The notes below the pieces were generated by a model. That model made no database searches and had not been told where the DNA came from. It saw only the letters and a program-made list of their open reading frames with translations. Source: an uncultured Gemmatimonadales bacterium (lineage in GTDB: Bacteria > Gemmatimonadota > Gemmatimonadetes > Gemmatimonadales > GWC2-71-9). From it: DNA of 64,000 nt. The DNA is taken from NCBI GenBank assembly GCA_963730185.1, contig CAVSQW010000017.1, forward strand, positions 57,780 to 121,779, read 5' to 3'. Of this stretch, positions 60,410-64,000 are shown in pieces (within the stretch, counting starts at the first letter, position 1; the number at the start of each line of letters is the position of its first letter). Position numbers and translations under genes: made by a program.

Positions 60410-60554
60410 GCCCAACCCAGGCTTGGAGCTGGCGAGGCCGCCGACCATCTGGGCATGCCCGTGGCGTCGCCGGCCGGGCCGCCCCATGTTGTTGGGAGGC
60501 TGCGGCCCGGCCGGCACCTGAGCGGCCTCGCAGCTCAAGCCTAGGACGTTAGGC
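60410..60554 (+). mobile_element. Integron attC site (long type)
   Basis: GCCCAAC-N5-CTTGGAGC-TGGCGAGGCCGC...GCGGCCTCGCA-GCTCAAG-...-GTTAGGC. Confidence 0.88.
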
Positions 60555-60587
60555 GGCCCCGCACTACAGCGCATTCGGGAGACAGTT

Positions 60588-60779
60588 ATGGGCACAATCG
60601 ACTCCATGCACTACAGTCTCAGGTGTCCGAAGTGTGGAGCGACCGAATCCGTCAAAGCTGTTGACCGTGGTTCACCTTGGAGTGGGTCGGACTGGAGTGC
60701 CATCTCTACCGCGACGCGATTCGAGGTGATTAGCAACGGCGGTGGGGCAGTTGCGCCGGCAATTGCCTCAGCAATCTGT
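60588..60779 (+). CDS. Truncated small Zn-ribbon-like cassette protein
   Basis: GGAG RBS, CPKC motif; interrupted at the adapter-like junction. Confidence 0.55.
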
Positions 60780-60826
60780 AGCAATACGCCGCTGCCCTCT
60801 TGCTTGGTTCGGTTCGGTCTTTGTCT
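60780..60826. other. Probable nanopore adapter remnants (chimeric junction)
   Basis: AGCAATACG, then CCTCTTGCTTGGTTCGGTTCGGTCTTTGTCT, resembling CCTGTACTTCGTTCAGTTACGTATTGCT. Confidence 0.7.
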
Positions 60827-61361
60827 TCCAGTCGGTGATCCCGTCCACGTCGACGGCCGCCTCCGGCCGATCCGCGGCACGACGCGGTGGGTGGAGCCGT
60901 CGTACCCGGCGTCCGCGCCTCCCGCCCTCGGACGTTCGGACGTTCGGACGTTCGCGACGTTCGGACGTTCGGTCGCCGGTCCTCCCCGGGCCCCGGCTCA
61001 CCGTCCTCGTACCGCCCGCGGCGACGTACGGGAGGGAGCCGTTCCGCGGCCACGGACCCGGGCGACCGTCGGACAGACCGTGGGGCACCGCCGGCGTGCT
61101 GTCCGGTCGGTGAGCGACCGGCCGGCCGCGGACCGGGGCGCGAATCGCGCCCGTCCCGCGCGCACCCGCAGGGGCGCGCCCCGGGCGGCCGGGGGCCGGA
61201 GGGCGCGGCGACACCCTGTGAGCTGCCTCACCCGACGCTGCCGGCCCGGCACACGAAGTGCCTTGCCAGGGCCCTCCCGGCGCCTCCGACACAGGTCGCT
61301 GGCCGGATACGTCAGTAATCCGTCATTGCAGCCAGTGCGGCGTTCGATACAGGCTATCATC

Positions 61362-62378
61362 GTGCTGGAACGACGTGTTGTTGTGGTGGTGTACGCAGGC
61401 GCGATGGCCCTGGACATCACCGGTCCGATTGAAGTGTTCGATACGGCGAATCGGCTCCCTGGGCCCTTCGGGCACCCCCTACCGGGTCGACTTCGTCTCG
61501 TCCGACGCACCGCTGGTGCGCACGAGTTCGGGGGTGGTGATGGGGGCTTCGCCGCTGGAGGCGGGACAGGGGCCGATCGACACGCTCCTCGTCCCGGGCG
61601 GCTGGAGTCTCGACGACGCACTCCGGGACCGGGCGCTGGTGTCCTGGATCGGCAGGGCGGCGGCCCGGTCCCGCAGAGTCGCCTCCGTCTGCGGCGGATC
61701 CTTTCTGCTAGCCGAGGCAGGGCTCCTGGACGGCAGGCGCGCCACCACGCACTGGGCGTACAGCGAGGCGATGGCGTGCCGCTATCCGAAGGTGACGGTG
61801 GACGCCGAGCCGATCTTCGTCTGGGACGGCCCCTCGTGACCTCCGCAGGCGTGTCGACGGGCATCGACATGGCTCTGGCTCTGGTGGAGGCCGATCACGG
61901 GTCGACACTCGCTCTGGAGACGGCCCGGTTCCTGGTCCTGTTCCTCAAGCGGCACGGAGGGCAGTCCCAGTACAGTGCCGTCCTCGATGCCCAGTTGGCC
62001 GACCACCCGCCGATCCGGGCAGCGCAGGAGTGGATTCACGACCACCTGGACATCCGGCTGCCGGTGGCCGAGATCGCGCGGCAGGCCAACATGAGCCAGC
62101 GCAACTTCGCCCGGGTCTTCCGGCGCGAGGTGGGTATGACGCCGGGCCAGTACGTCGAGCGGACGCGCATCGCCCGCGCGCGCGACCTGCTGGAGACCAC
62201 CGAGATGACGATCGGCCAGATAGCCGGCCGCTGCGGGTTCCCCGCGACCGAGACGTTCTTCCGGTCCTTCGGACGCGCCCTGGGCCTCACCCCCACCGAG
62301 TACCGGCACCGCTTTCAGGTCATCTCGCCGTCCGGCCTCATCGACCGTCACCACGAGAGGGAGGGGAGCCCCGCATGA
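61362..62378 (+). CDS. GlxA-family (DJ-1 plus AraC) transcriptional regulator; apparent compensating frameshifts near 61460 and 61830
   Basis: LDITGPIEVF, SVCGGSFLLA, ATTHW, TSAGVSTGID, MSQRNFARVF. Confidence 0.9.
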   Translation: MLERRVVVVVYAGAMALDITGPIEVFDTANRLPGPFGHPLPGRLRLVRRTAGAHEFGGGDGGFAAGGGTGADRHAPRPGRLESRRRTPGPGAGVLDRQGGGPVPQSRLRLRRILSASRGRAPGRQARHHALGVQRGDGVPLSEGDGGRRADLRLGRPLVTSAGVSTGIDMALALVEADHGSTLALETARFLVLFLKRHGGQSQYSAVLDAQLADHPPIRAAQEWIHDHLDIRLPVAEIARQANMSQRNFARVFRREVGMTPGQYVERTRIARARDLLETTEMTIGQIAGRCGFPATETFFRSFGRALGLTPTEYRHRFQVISPSGLIDRHHEREGSPA

Positions 62379-64000
62379 CCACCACGGCCCCGCAGTCACG
62401 CGCAGCGGAACCTTTACGCCTGGTCGACCATCTGGCCTCGGAGCTCGCCGGGGCGGGCGTCACCCACCTGTTCGGCGTGGGGGGCGCGAACATCGAGGAC
62501 CTGTACGACGCCGTGCACCGCGGTGGCGCCATCCGGGGCGTCGTCGCCAAGCACGAGTTCTCCGCCGTCACCATGGCCGACGGATACGCGCGCACCACCG
62601 GGCGCCTCGGCGTCGTCGCCGCCACGTCGGGCGGCGGGGCGATGAACCTCGTGCCGGGCCTGGCGGAGGCCCATGCCTCGCGGGTGCCCGTACTGGCTCT
62701 GGTGGGCCAGCCGCCGACGGGTCAGGAGGGGCTCGGGGCGTTCCAGGACTCCAGCGGGAAGTCGGGCTCCTTCGACGCGAAGGAGATCTTCGCGCCGCTC
62801 TCCCGGTTCTGCGTGCGGGTCGACGACCCGCACGCGTTCGCGGAACTGCTGCCCCTGGCGGTCCGGGCGGCGCAGGCCGATCCCCGCGGACCGGCCGTGC
62901 TGCTGCTGCCCAAGGACGTGCAGCAGGCACGGATCCGGGTGCCCGGCCACGCCCCCGCCCCGCACCCGGGCGAACCCTCGACGGCTTCCGCGGCTCGGCT
63001 CGACGCCGTTGCCGTGAGCGCCGTGTCGAAGGCCCTGCGCCGGGCCGGTCGCGTCCTCGTCATCGCCGGTGAGGGCGTCGCCTCCGCCGACGCGCGGGAG
63101 GCTCTGGCCGAACTGGCCCGGCGCCTCGGAGCGTGGGTGGCGGTCACCCCGGACGCCAAGGACGTCTTCGACAACCGCGACCCCCGTTTCGCCGGGGTGG
63201 CCGGCGTGATGGGCCACGCCAACGTCGCGGACTGCCTGCGGCAGGCCGACCTGTGCCTGCTCGCCGGTACCCGGCTTCCGCTCCTGGCTCGCGGCGGCCT
63301 CGAAGGGGCCCTGGCCGGCACCGACGTCGTCTGCCTCGGGCCCGAACCGCCGTTCGTGGCAGGCGCCGCACTCGGTGGGAACCTGCGGGACGCGCTGCAC
63401 GCGGTGACCTCCGGGCTGCCGTCGCGCGCCCGCCCCTGCCCGCCGCACGCCGGCCCCCTTCCCACCCCCACGCCCCCTCCGCCCCCTCCGGCGCTCGGGG
63501 GAACCGTCCCCCAAGCCCGGGCGGTGGCCGCGGTGGAGGCGGCGCTCCCCGAGGACGCCCACGTCTTCGTGGACGCCGGCAACGCGGGGGCCGGCGCGAT
63601 CCACCTCCTTCCGGCACCGCGCCGCGGCCGCTTCGTGGTGGCGGTCGGCATGGGCGGCATGGGCTACACCTTCGGTGCCGGTATCGGTGCCGCGCTCGCC
63701 ACCGGCCGTCGTACCTACGTACTCGCCGGCGACGGGTCGTTCTACATGCACGGGATGGAGGTGCACACGGCCGTGGAGTACGGCGCACCCGTCACATTCG
63801 TGATCTTCAACAACAACGCCCACGCCATGTGCGCGCTGCGCGAGGAGTTCCTGCAGGGCGGGGTCCGCGACGACGACCTTTTCGCCCGGACCGACCTCGC
63901 CGCCGGAGCTGGCCGCCGCCTTCCCGTCCCTGCGGGCCACGGAAGCCACCGACGCGGCAGAGCTGCGCGCGGCGCTGCTGCGCGGCAACGCGGGCGGCGG
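62375..64000 (+). CDS. Thiamine-diphosphate-dependent enzyme (acetolactate synthase/acyloin synthase-like), runs off window end
   Basis: Hand translation: FGVGGANIEDL, KHEFSAVTMADGYAR, TSGGGAMN, GMGGMG, GDGSF..FNNN; ATGA coupling. Not in the ORF track. Confidence 0.9.
   Translation, partial: MTTTAPQSRAAEPLRLVDHLASELAGAGVTHLFGVGGANIEDLYDAVHRGGAIRGVVAKHEFSAVTMADGYARTTGRLGVVAATSGGGAMNLVPGLAEAHASRVPVLALVGQPPTGQEGLGAFQDSSGKSGSFDAKEIFAPLSRFCVRVDDPHAFAELLPLAVRAAQADPRGPAVLLLPKDVQQARIRVPGHAPAPHPGEPSTASAARLDAVAVSAVSKALRRAGRVLVIAGEGVASADAREALAELARRLGAWVAVTPDAKDVFDNRDPRFAGVAGVMGHANVADCLRQADLCLLAGTRLPLLARGGLEGALAGTDVVCLGPEPPFVAGAALGGNLRDALHAVTSGLPSRARPCPPHAGPLPTPTPPPPPPALGGTVPQARAVAAVEAALPEDAHVFVDAGNAGAGAIHLLPAPRRGRFVVAVGMGGMGYTFGAGIGAALATGRRTYVLAGDGSFYMHGMEVHTAVEYGAPVTFVIFNNNAHAMCALREEFLQGGVRDDDLFARTDLAAGAGRRLPVPAGHGSHRRGRAARGAAARQRGRR

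Noticed and set aside
60588..62378. 596-aa Zn-ribbon/AraC fusion ORF
   Set aside because: Spans the adapter-like junction and out-of-frame sequence

Overview
High-GC bacterial DNA. Up to about 60.8 kb it looks Gemmatimonadota-like (inferred from gene types and order, not proven). 1-19 kb: an exosortase/EpsI exopolysaccharide locus with two sulfatase-like membrane proteins, glycosyltransferases, Wza/Wzc, a sigma-54 response regulator plus kinase, wecB, and visible sigma-54 promoters with phased enhancer-like sites. 19-46 kb: mostly housekeeping genes (NYN protein, mpg, kbl-tdh, formate dehydrogenase alpha, rlmI, thiE, scoAB, HMG-CoA lyase, mltG-ruvX-rho, M50 protease, hybrid kinase, M24 peptidase, TonB receptor, MscS, phhA). 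The best finding is a complete tyrosine-sensing ribosome-mediated attenuator upstream of phenylalanine hydroxylase: an apparently leaderless 26-aa leader with Tyr-Tyr-Tyr, an antiterminator and a terminator. 46.9-60.8 kb is accessory: a strict 21-nt periodic repeat, a patatin, and two copies of a ~350-bp attI-like platform, each followed by attC-bounded cassettes, with no integrase in the window. One cassette encodes three paralogous HTH units plus a wHTH/nuclease-like protein. At ~60.78-60.83 kb there are nanopore-adapter-like remnants; the sequence beyond (GlxA-type regulator, ThDP enzyme) probably comes from another, actinobacterial-like genome. Many frameshifts are probably long-read errors.
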